Source: an uncultured Acidimicrobiales bacterium (GTDB taxonomy: Bacteria > Actinomycetota > Acidimicrobiia > Acidimicrobiales > SZUA-35). Taken from it: a stretch of DNA of 64,000 nucleotides. The stretch is from contig CALAJQ010000006.1 of the NCBI GenBank assembly GCA_937922785.1, positions 122,156 to 186,155 of the forward strand, written 5' to 3'. The notes beneath the pieces are model-generated. The model made no database searches. It worked only from the letters and a program-made list of their open reading frames with translations, and was not told where the DNA came from. How positions within the stretch are numbered: the first letter of the stretch is position 1; each line of letters starts with the position of its first letter. Below are positions 26,137 through 34,538 of the stretch, in pieces. The position numbers were made by a program, and so were the translations under genes.

Positions 26137-29100
26137 TTAGGCGTCGCGGTGCTTGGGTGGGGGAGGCTGCTGGTTGGCTGCTTCGCGTTGACTGCGCGAT
26201 TCCGCAGCGGTTGATGCAAGCAAATCGATCGCCCGGGCTGCGATTGGCTCCTGCACCGACAAGGCCTCGGCGACCTGTTCGATAGCAGCAACTACTCGGG
26301 TGGCCGGGTCGGTTTCGTCTCCGCCGAGGCGTTGCTTACGCCTGAAGGTGGTGAGGATGTCGTTCCAGCGTTGAGTTTGCTCGGTATCAAGCGTGCCGCG
26401 CAGCTCACCGAGTTTCAGCAGGTTGGACTCTGCGTCGGCCGTAAGCGCTTGTGATTCGGCCACGTAGTGATCGGTGACGACCTCGGCCACCTCGGATTCA
26501 GTCATAGCTGGCACGAGCTTGGAGGCCATGCGAGCCATGTTGCGGTAGGAACCTTGCAACAAGAACGGAGGCTCCACTCGATAGTCGTCGTCGGTTGCAG
26601 CTGACGCGATGTACTGACGGTTCACCGACAGCACGGCCTCTTGAACTTGTTTGAGATGGGCCAGAGTTTGAACAATCTCGTTTGTTTCCGCTGTTGAGTA
26701 TGAGCTAGACAACGCCGACTCGGCTAAGGGCTCGCCCGCTGCAGCTTTGAGGAACGCTGCAAACTCTTCCGGAGCGGCACCAGCCAGTGGTGTCAACGCA
26801 GGGTTAGCGGTGAGTGCGTTCTCCAAGTAGCTGCTGGCGAACACGTCTTCGTCACCGGTTGAGACATCACCCAAGTTGTAGGTGTCGGCTCGGTTGGCCA
26901 ACATGTCGGGCACTCGGAACCGCTCACCTGACTCTGTGTAAGGGTTGCCCGCCATGACAACAGCAAACCGCTTGCCGCGAAGGTCGAACGTCCTGGACTG
27001 TCCGTTCCAAACACCTTCGATCCGCCGTTGGCCATCACATAGCGAAATGAAGCGCTGAAGGAATTCAGGGTTGGTGTGCTGGATGTCGTCGAGGTACAGG
27101 ATGACGTTGGTGCCAACAGCAAACGCGAGGTTGATCCGTTCGATCTCCCGAGCTGCTGTGGCCGATGGGGCTTGGGCTGGATCAAGAGATGTCGCGTCGT
27201 GACCTAGGCCAGGTCCAGAGACTTTCACTAAGGCCATGCCAAGACGGTCGGCCAAATATTCGACCAAGGTTGTCTTGCCGTAGCCCGGAGGCGACAGCAG
27301 CATAAGCAATCCAGAGCGAGCTCCGGCGGTGTCGTTGACGGTGCCGATCTGTCGGGCCAAGTTGTCACCGATTAGTGGCAGGTAAACCTTGTCGATTAGC
27401 TGATTGCGAACAAAACCTTCGGGGACCCGAGGCTCAAGATCGTCAATACGCAGGCGGTTCCGAAGGTCTGCCAGGGCGCCTCGACGAGCAGCCCCGAACT
27501 GGCGATGTTTGTCGACCACCTCGTCGAGATGCTGGGCTACTTGTGCGAAGAGGTCATCGATGCGTCCGCTAAGAACACCGGAAGTCATCGTTGGGTGCTG
27601 GCCAGCAAGACCAGTCACTTCGAACTCAAGCTGGGCAGTCAGCAGCCGGCGAGGTAGGTCTGGCAACAACAGGGCTGCTACGACTTCTTCGACCAAGTGA
27701 AGCTCGGTTTTCGCTACTGACCTGCGTACATAGTCGCTCAGAAGTACCCGAGCGCCGTCGGGGTCCTCGGCCAACCGCTGAAGCGCCTTTGACACTGCTG
27801 AGTCCTTGGCCAGCTGGCGACTAAGTCGTTGTGCGTCAGTCTGCTCAGCGAAACCCAAGCCGGCGGGCTGGGTCAGTTCAGAGACGAGATAGCGAGCCTG
27901 AGCGTGGGTGACACCAAGGTCGCTCGCCAGTTCGGTAGCCATCGCTGAGGCGGTCAGTGGCGATACATCAAGCCCTCGGGCGGCAGCGCCCCGGCCCACC
28001 CAGCGTGCTTTCAGACCCGAGTCAGGATGTAGTGCCCAGCTGATTTGGGCGGCCGCCCTGACTGGCCCGGCAACCAATAGCGTGTCTGCCGATAGTGCGA
28101 GCTGACCGATCACGGCCGCGATGGAAGCTGCGTCTACGTCGTGGACGCCGCGGTCATAGCCCTCATCCAAGCGCCGGTCAGCTTCGATGCGGACTTGCTC
28201 AAGCATTCGAGCATCGTCCTCCAGCAGCTGCCGAAGGGCGTCGGGGTCATCAAGGTGGCTCAGAATAATGTCGGCCGCAAGAAAGGTTGACCGGTACAAG
28301 TCTGGGGTTTCTGATGCCAACGGTTGGGACCAAAGGTCGCGGTGGCTGTCGAGTTCCGGTGAGTCGATTGGAAGGCGAAGATCGGTGCCGGTAAGGACCG
28401 CCTCTAGGTGTTCCTCGCCAGGAACAATGGTTAGTTCGCGGGTTCTGGAGTCGACGCTGAATCGATGGCGGCCAAGTTTGATGGCGTCGCCCTCGTAAAG
28501 ATCCTGGCGGTCGCGAAGCGCTCGCGCCGCTTCGTCGCGCATCGAGCCAAGCTGTGCCTGGACCTCGTCGGCCCGTACTGGCTCGCCAAGAGTTCTGAGG
28601 TCTTCAACGAGAGTTCGAACTCGAGCAACCATTGCGTCAGCGGCAAAGAAGCCGTTGATCTCATCAATCGATTCCAAGCCCGAGGCACGGTCGCTGATGC
28701 GGCCCAGGGTTCGGTTCGAAGCCGACACGAGGCGTTCAGCCTTCTGTTGACGAGCATCGACCAGTTGTTGGCGCTTGCCCGCAAGAGCCTCTGTTACCTG
28801 ATCTCGCCGTTTTGTGATTTCATCAAGCTGGGATTCAGTGCGAGGTCCAGCCGTCTCAATCTGCTCAAGTTGCAACATGAGCCGAGCCATTGAATCGTCA
28901 CATTGCTCGGGCGTTGACGCACGACCGACCGCGGTGGCGATTGATTGGCCGAACAGGCCAAGCTCGGTGGCAAAGGCTGCTCCGGTCTCGGATTGAACAA
29001 GATCGTTTAGCTTGTTCTCAACGCCCACCCTGGTGCGGTTCAGCTCGGCTAGGACGCCGCTTACTTGTTCAAGAACTGCAGTGCGAACTCGGGGGTCGTC

Positions 29101-31029
29101 CACGACTAGGTCGCCAACGGTTCCGGCGACTACGTCCATTGACTCCGCTACTGCGTCAACTTCAGCCAACAACTCGGTGGCGCCAACTGAAGAATCACAA
29201 GCAGTCGTCCGCGCCGACAAGGCCTCCAGCTGATCGTGGTAGGGGGCGAACGCTCCGTCGCCAGCTAGGTGAGCCGCAGCCTTTTGACCCAGGCCCTTGA
29301 ACGCTTCGGTGGCTTGGGTGATGAGTACATCGACCCGGTCGGTGTCGATCTCTCGACGCCCTCTAACGGTGTGGAGATGGCCGATTTGAGTTCGAAGGTT
29401 TGCCAATCCGTCGATGAAAGCTCGGGTGTCCTTCGCAGGAGAGATGCGTTGTTCATTGAGCTCCCGTGTGAGATCAGCTTCGGCCTCAGCCAGCGCTTCG
29501 GTGGCCGAACTGCGAACTTCAAGCATCCGCTCGAACTCGTCAATGACCTGTTCGGCCACGATGCGAATGTCCTTGGCTGGTTCAGCCAGGTTGCCCAGCT
29601 TCGGGTCACCAATCCAATGGTGAGCGTCTATGAGGCGACCCGTCGAAGAGAGCAAGTCACCATAGATCTCGACGCTTGGTTCGACACCCTCAACCAGTCG
29701 GGTCAAAGACAGGGCGTCGGCAATACCAGCCACGAGACCAGCGTTTCCAACCCGATCAAGGTCGGTAGTGGTGTGAGGCTGTGCTTCGTACCATTCGTCG
29801 GAGCAAAACGGCGTTTTCCAGATTTGGGTGGGATGTATGCGTGTTGGGCTGGGCTCTTCGCGGAACGCAATCATTGTTCCGTCGGAGAAGATTGTGTGGC
29901 CATGACAAACGATCGGCGCTGCCACTTCCTGGCGAACGACGTTGTATGGCAACAAGGTGCTCAGACCGGTCTCTCGCTCGTGAAAGACGTAGAGCACATC
30001 TTCGCCATTGGGCGAGCGAACAACTTCCAAAAGCTCGGTTCTGTCGGTGTCGAGATCAAACGTCCGCAGCTCGCCCGTCTTCAGATAGATGCCCTCGGGG
30101 AAGATAAGACCTTGCGCATCGGGAAGCTGGCGAAAGGCTTGACCCAAAGAGTCAAGCCGGAGGGCGCTGTGAGTGAGCTTGTTTACTAAGTAGTACCGCT
30201 TGTGAGTCTCGCCATAGGGCAGGACTTCCAGCAACACAATGTCGCCGCCATCGGCCCACGAGACCTGGCAGTCCTGCAGTGACTGGTCGGCGTGTTGAAG
30301 GCGATCGCTTAACAGCAGGGTGCCTTCGGCACTGTCGTCAAATGCGATATCGAAGGTGCCGCCAAGCGGATTAACTACAATGCGGTCACCGACAGCGATA
30401 TGGGTAGCGCCAACGTGGTCTGCCCGGGTCAGCAGAGTCCACTCAAGATCTTGGTGCGACGGAAACTTGTAGTCCCGCTCGCCCCGAGCATCTAGATAAG
30501 TGAGTGTGTTGTCGGCGTTGATCTGCCACCGAAAGACCCGTACGTCAGCGGGGCCTCCGCCGATCCGAAAGACGGCAAGGAGACGCTGGCCCGAACGGTA
30601 AAGCTGCTGAAGCTGTGTCTCTTTGAAGTAGGTGTGTAGTTCGTCAAAGTCGCGATGGAACTGGTCGTCATCTAAAGCAGTACCGCTTAGGCCTTCTGGG
30701 TTCGGGCTTAGCACTACGGGAGCGCCACCTTCGCCGTCGGTCAACTCGAAGTGGTGAACCGCAAACACATCGGTAGAGCGGATCTCACTTTTGACACCAG
30801 CCGCCACGTTGTAAGCCAGAATCATCTGGTCACCGACCGACGCCAAGTCGCGGGGGACAGCGTTGGCTTCGGTCCGTACTCGCTCGGTGCCGAGCATCTC
30901 CAGCTGGCTGGACCCGAAGGTCTCTAGCCGGCGCTGGTTCAGCTCGTTTGCTCGGTTCTTAAGCTCCTTGGCAGCGTCCTCTAGCCTGCCGCGAAGCAGG
31001 TCATAGGTGCCTTGGGCTACGTCGGTCAC
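26137..31029 (-). CDS. Giant 1630-aa protein with a MoxR/AAA_5-type AAA+ ATPase domain near the C-terminus. The N-terminal domain of about 460 aa and the long central alpha-helical region are of unknown function
   Basis: Walker A LLSPPGYGKTT (about residue 1247), Walker B VILYLDDIQ, and a sensor-1-like VVMAGNP. The start codon overlaps the flotillin stop codon by 4 bp, which suggests translational coupling. Confidence 0.85.
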   Translation of the reverse strand: MTDVAQGTYDLLRGRLEDAAKELKNRANELNQRRLETFGSSQLEMLGTERVRTEANAVPRDLASVGDQMILAYNVAAGVKSEIRSTDVFAVHHFELTDGEGGAPVVLSPNPEGLSGTALDDDQFHRDFDELHTYFKETQLQQLYRSGQRLLAVFRIGGGPADVRVFRWQINADNTLTYLDARGERDYKFPSHQDLEWTLLTRADHVGATHIAVGDRIVVNPLGGTFDIAFDDSAEGTLLLSDRLQHADQSLQDCQVSWADGGDIVLLEVLPYGETHKRYYLVNKLTHSALRLDSLGQAFRQLPDAQGLIFPEGIYLKTGELRTFDLDTDRTELLEVVRSPNGEDVLYVFHERETGLSTLLPYNVVRQEVAAPIVCHGHTIFSDGTMIAFREEPSPTRIHPTQIWKTPFCSDEWYEAQPHTTTDLDRVGNAGLVAGIADALSLTRLVEGVEPSVEIYGDLLSSTGRLIDAHHWIGDPKLGNLAEPAKDIRIVAEQVIDEFERMLEVRSSATEALAEAEADLTRELNEQRISPAKDTRAFIDGLANLRTQIGHLHTVRGRREIDTDRVDVLITQATEAFKGLGQKAAAHLAGDGAFAPYHDQLEALSARTTACDSSVGATELLAEVDAVAESMDVVAGTVGDLVVDDPRVRTAVLEQVSGVLAELNRTRVGVENKLNDLVQSETGAAFATELGLFGQSIATAVGRASTPEQCDDSMARLMLQLEQIETAGPRTESQLDEITKRRDQVTEALAGKRQQLVDARQQKAERLVSASNRTLGRISDRASGLESIDEINGFFAADAMVARVRTLVEDLRTLGEPVRADEVQAQLGSMRDEAARALRDRQDLYEGDAIKLGRHRFSVDSRTRELTIVPGEEHLEAVLTGTDLRLPIDSPELDSHRDLWSQPLASETPDLYRSTFLAADIILSHLDDPDALRQLLEDDARMLEQVRIEADRRLDEGYDRGVHDVDAASIAAVIGQLALSADTLLVAGPVRAAAQISWALHPDSGLKARWVGRGAAARGLDVSPLTASAMATELASDLGVTHAQARYLVSELTQPAGLGFAEQTDAQRLSRQLAKDSAVSKALQRLAEDPDGARVLLSDYVRRSVAKTELHLVEEVVAALLLPDLPRRLLTAQLEFEVTGLAGQHPTMTSGVLSGRIDDLFAQVAQHLDEVVDKHRQFGAARRGALADLRNRLRIDDLEPRVPEGFVRNQLIDKVYLPLIGDNLARQIGTVNDTAGARSGLLMLLSPPGYGKTTLVEYLADRLGMALVKVSGPGLGHDATSLDPAQAPSATAAREIERINLAFAVGTNVILYLDDIQHTNPEFLQRFISLCDGQRRIEGVWNGQSRTFDLRGKRFAVVMAGNPYTESGERFRVPDMLANRADTYNLGDVSTGDEDVFASSYLENALTANPALTPLAGAAPEEFAAFLKAAAGEPLAESALSSSYSTAETNEIVQTLAHLKQVQEAVLSVNRQYIASAATDDDYRVEPPFLLQGSYRNMARMASKLVPAMTESEVAEVVTDHYVAESQALTADAESNLLKLGELRGTLDTEQTQRWNDILTTFRRKQRLGGDETDPATRVVAAIEQVAEALSVQEPIAARAIDLLASTAAESRSQREAANQQPPPPKHRDA

Positions 31030-32975
31030 TTGCCGATCTGGCGAAGCAGTTCAGCAACGCTCAGGTCCCTGATGCCTTCAGCGCCTAGGCCGCTGATGGC
31101 GTTGGCAATAGCTGCGACGAGGTCTTCGTCACCGTTCTGATACGGCTCAAGAACGTTGCTAATCGTGTCAGACTTCTGAGTGAGCCCGTCGATTGACTTG
31201 CCGGTGCTGATGGCGCCAACGAGCTTGTCAACGAACATGTCAGAGCCACCGACGATGTCAATGTTGGCAGCCTCTAGGCCGGCCTTCATTGCGTCAGCTT
31301 GAGCTGTGGCAACACCAACGGTTGCGTCAACTTCGGCAAGGCGAACCTTGGTGTCAGCCTCGAGGCGACGAACAAATTCCTCGTGCTCCTGGCCAACGCC
31401 TTCAAGCTCACGCATGGCTGCAGCCTTGTCGGTAAGACCCTTGGCCTCACCCTTCAGCTTGGCTTCAACGATCTGTGCCTCAGCAAGGCCAGCGTCGCGA
31501 ACCTTCGCAGCTTCAGCTTCGCCTAATTCTCTAACTGCAGATGCTCGGGCGACGTCAACGTTGACGTCGGCTAGGCCGAGTTTCTCGTTGGCGCCAGCCT
31601 TGGCGTGCATCACTTCGGCTTCAGCCAAACCGCTTGCAGCTTCGTGAGCCTGAATACCTTCAGCCATACGAATCTTGGCCTGGGCTTCAAGGTTCGAAGC
31701 TTCCAGCTCTGCTTGGGCCATGCGCACTTGCTCGCTGGCTTTGTGCTCGGCAGCTGCGGCTGCGGCTTCAGCAGCTTTGATGTCTTTAACGAGGTCCGCC
31801 TGAGCATCACCTTCGGCTGTGATAACAACAGCGTCCTTTTGACGAGTTGCCTCCTCGACAACACGAAGGGTTGCGATTTCTTCTTCCTGAATGGCCACGG
31901 TCTTTTCAACCGCAACACGATCACGGCGAAGGTCGGCAATGCCGCTCATCTCTTGCTCAAGCGCCTTCTCAGCAGCCAAGGTCTCAACCTTGCGGCTCAT
32001 GTCTTCAAGCTCTGCAGCCTTGCGAACACGCTCTGCCTCAACCGCAAGCACACGCTCACGGTTCTTGGCAGCAACTTCGATCTCGCGCTGGAGGTTTTCG
32101 TTCTCGATGCCAAGCTTCTGGTCAACCTCAAGGGCTGCCATCTCGGCTCGTAGTCGTTCTTCGGCCTGGATGGTGTCGATAGTGGCCTGCTCACGTGAGC
32201 GGACCGTTTCAACCTCACGACGCTGACGAGCTTCCGCGTCTGCTTGCTGACGCTCTAGCTCGAGCACTGCTTCACGAGTCTCAACGTCCTTAGCGGTGAT
32301 CTGCTTGCGCTCATCGTTGGCGGCGTTATTGGTTGCAACGTGCTCGATGGCGGTCAGCTCGGTGATCTTACGGATGCCCTGGGCATCCAAGATGTTGTTG
32401 CTGTCAAGCGATGACAACGGGGTCTGCTCTAGGTAGTCAATGGCCACGTCTTCAAGCGAGTAGCCGTTGAGGTCGGTTCCGATGACTTCGATGATTCGGT
32501 CACGGAAGTTGGCCCGCTCGGTGTACAGCGAGATGAAGTCCATCTGCTTACCGACGGTCTTTAGCGCCTCAGAGAACTTCGCAGTGAACAGCTCTTCAAG
32601 AGTTTCGATGTTGCTAGCCCGGTCACAACCAATGGCCTGAGCAACCTTGATGACGTCCTCTTCAGCCTTGTTCACACGAACAAAGAAGTTCACCTTGATG
32701 TCAGCCCGGATGTTGTCCTGGCAGATAAGGCCTTCAGTCTGGCGGCGGTCGATCTCGATTGTCTTAACCGAGATGTCCATCACCTCAGCCTTGTGAATCA
32801 CCGGCACAACAACGCGGCCGGTAAAGGTGACATCAACACTCTTCATCGTGCTGACGACCAAGGCTTTACCTTGAGGGACCTTGCGATAGAAGGACGAGAT
32901 AGCAAGTCCGACTACAAGGATGATTAGCAATGCGACTACAACAACAATCGCAACGATGGTTAGGGCGGTGCCCAC
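31026..32975 (-). CDS. Flotillin-family protein (SPFH/band-7 domain with a long Ala/Glu-rich coiled-coil region)
   Basis: N-terminal TM (IVAIVVVVALLIILVVGL), an SPFH domain, then EA-rich repeats. 649 aa. Confidence 0.9.
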   Translation of the reverse strand: MGTALTIVAIVVVVALLIILVVGLAISSFYRKVPQGKALVVSTMKSVDVTFTGRVVVPVIHKAEVMDISVKTIEIDRRQTEGLICQDNIRADIKVNFFVRVNKAEEDVIKVAQAIGCDRASNIETLEELFTAKFSEALKTVGKQMDFISLYTERANFRDRIIEVIGTDLNGYSLEDVAIDYLEQTPLSSLDSNNILDAQGIRKITELTAIEHVATNNAANDERKQITAKDVETREAVLELERQQADAEARQRREVETVRSREQATIDTIQAEERLRAEMAALEVDQKLGIENENLQREIEVAAKNRERVLAVEAERVRKAAELEDMSRKVETLAAEKALEQEMSGIADLRRDRVAVEKTVAIQEEEIATLRVVEEATRQKDAVVITAEGDAQADLVKDIKAAEAAAAAAEHKASEQVRMAQAELEASNLEAQAKIRMAEGIQAHEAASGLAEAEVMHAKAGANEKLGLADVNVDVARASAVRELGEAEAAKVRDAGLAEAQIVEAKLKGEAKGLTDKAAAMRELEGVGQEHEEFVRRLEADTKVRLAEVDATVGVATAQADAMKAGLEAANIDIVGGSDMFVDKLVGAISTGKSIDGLTQKSDTISNVLEPYQNGDEDLVAAIANAISGLGAEGIRDLSVAELLRQIGK

Positions 32976-33036
32976 ACGAGCCTCTTTCTTTTGGTTTGGT
33001 TATTCAACGGTTCAGATCCTGTTGGACCTGAGCGAA

Positions 33037-33729
33037 TTACGTGAGTGCGTCGATATCTGGGGAGATGGTGAACAAACCATCTTCATCAACGGCTACTAGA
33101 AGGGCTTTTGAGCCCTTGGATAATGAGTTTTCGGTATGGCAGCGCACCTGGACTAGGTGGGCGCCGCCTTCGGCGTCAACGAGCTCGGCCTGGCCGAAAC
33201 CGGCATCAACGCGGCCTGTGCTGATCGTGCAAAGACGGCCGACTAGGTCTTGGCGCCGGACCGCTCGTTTGACCTCAAAGACTGGTCGGAGCATGTGGCC
33301 GACCCGTCCCGTGGCCAGGATGCCTACAAAGAAAGACCCAGCGATAATGGCCAGCCCGACAAGAGCGTTTGTGTTTCCATCGTCTCCGCTAAGGATTAGC
33401 GATAAGACGACGCTGCTTAACCAGCCAAAGAGGCTGATGAGGGTGATTCCAAGACTTAAAGGAAGCAGATGGAGGTTGAGCGCAACCAGCGCGGCGCCCA
33501 AGCCACCCGCTCCGGCACCGCCAGCATCGATGTCCAGATCAACATCTACATCCAGATCGAGATCTAAATCAAGCTCGGGCGCCTCGCCTAACCCGAGGAG
33601 GGAGGTCATGGCCCAGTATCCGAGCGAGATCAGAAGGAGCGTGGTGAAGATGACTGTGGGAAACCCCAGTGATATCTCCAGAACTCTAAACATGAACTCC
33701 CTTGCCCTCTGTTGATGTCGTGTCAACAA
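33037..33729 (-). CDS. NfeD-like membrane protein (partner of SPFH proteins) with a C-terminal OB-fold beta-barrel
   Basis: About 4 TM segments, an acidic DLDLDLDVDVDLDID low-complexity stretch, and a C-terminal region GRLCTISTGRVDAGFGQAELVDAEGGAHLVQVRC...LLVAVDEDGLFTISP typical of short NfeD. The start may instead be the internal Met13. Confidence 0.65.
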   Translation of the reverse strand: MLTRHQQRAREFMFRVLEISLGFPTVIFTTLLLISLGYWAMTSLLGLGEAPELDLDLDLDVDVDLDIDAGGAGAGGLGAALVALNLHLLPLSLGITLISLFGWLSSVVLSLILSGDDGNTNALVGLAIIAGSFFVGILATGRVGHMLRPVFEVKRAVRRQDLVGRLCTISTGRVDAGFGQAELVDAEGGAHLVQVRCHTENSLSKGSKALLVAVDEDGLFTISPDIDALT

Positions 33730-33766
33730 TCAACGTCGGCCAATCAAGAACGGTTCCTGAGATATT

Positions 33767-33818
33767 TCGCCGTTTCCCGGCCACGGAGGCCGTCGCCGTT
33801 TCCCGGCCACGGAGGCCG
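33767..33818. repeat. Perfect 26-bp tandem direct duplication (2 copies) in the nfeD-flotillin promoter region
   Basis: TCGCCGTTTCCCGGCCACGGAGGCCG x2, at 33767-33792 and 33793-33818. Confidence 0.9.
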
Positions 33819-33857
33819 CCCAACTCCCGGATCACTGGTCGGGAGGGCGGTTTCATT

Positions 33858-33905
33858 GGTTCTGTCGGCGTCAGGAGCCGGAACCGGCTGGGTACGCCGA
33901 CAGAA
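33858..33905. repeat. Palindromic hairpin element, family A copy 2 (48 bp). It lies downstream of the MBL-hydrolase gene and about 130 bp upstream of nfeD
   Basis: GGTTCTGTCGGCGTCAGGAGCCGGaaCCGGCTGGGTACGCCGACAGAACC, with a 14-bp perfect outer stem. Nearly identical to the copy at 26070-26115. Confidence 0.85.
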
Positions 33906-33917
33906 CCGAGTGGGTTG

Positions 33918-34538
33918 CTATTGCTTGGAGCGCCATTCGGCGAGGCTGGGGGACTCAGCTCCGATGGAGGTCGAATCGCCGTGGCCGGTATGGACGGTGG
34001 TGTGACCCGGTAGCGAGAACAGCTTCTTTTCGATGGTGTCGAGGATCAGGTCATAGCTGGAAAACGACCGGCCGGTGGCGCCAGGACCGCCGTTAAACAG
34101 GGTGTCTCCGCTGAATAGGACGCCTTCGGACGGCACGTGCAGGCAACAGCCGCCGGGGGAGTGACCAGGAGTATGCAAAATGTTGATCTCGCTGCCACCA
34201 ACGGTGATCAGATCGCCGTCGGCCAGGGTGTTGTCAACCCGACGGTCGCCGTAAACGACTTCCCACAACATTGCGTCGTCCGGATGCAGATAGATCGGCG
34301 CGCCAGTCTCGTCCGACAGAGCCGCCGCAGCATTGATGTGGTCATTGTGGCCATGAGTGCAGATGATGCCGGCTAGCTTTCGACCGTCTAGACCTTCAAG
34401 AATTGGCCGGTGGTCATGGGCCGCGTCGATAACGATTGCTTCATTGTCGTCGCCGATGATCCAGACGTTGTTGTCTACCTCGTAGTCGCCCCCATCAAGG
34501 GAAAAGATGCCCGAAGTGATTACTCGATCGAGCCGCAT
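33918..34538 (-). CDS. MBL-fold metallo-hydrolase, S-formylmycothiol hydrolase (Fmh)-like
   Basis: HxHxDH motif (ICTHGHNDHI). Its start overlaps the stop of the upstream class-III ADH (TGATG). I prefer the 206-aa form that starts MRLDRV over the longer track ORF. Confidence 0.65.
   Translation of the reverse strand: MRLDRVITSGIFSLDGGDYEVDNNVWIIGDDNEAIVIDAAHDHRPILEGLDGRKLAGIICTHGHNDHINAAAALSDETGAPIYLHPDDAMLWEVVYGDRRVDNTLADGDLITVGGSEINILHTPGHSPGGCCLHVPSEGVLFSGDTLFNGGPGATGRSFSSYDLILDTIEKKLFSLPGHTTVHTGHGDSTSIGAESPSLAEWRSKQ

Noticed and set aside
31299-32226. Ala/Ser-rich ORFs on the + strand opposite the flotillin gene.
   Set aside because: They are the antisense reading of the Ala/Glu-rich coiled-coil region (GCN/GAR codon repeats). 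They are not independent genes.
33530-33590. Low-complexity GAT/GAC-rich DNA (encoding DLDLDLDVDVDLDID) in nfeD.
   Set aside because: It is a coding acidic low-complexity segment, not a regulatory or mobile repeat.
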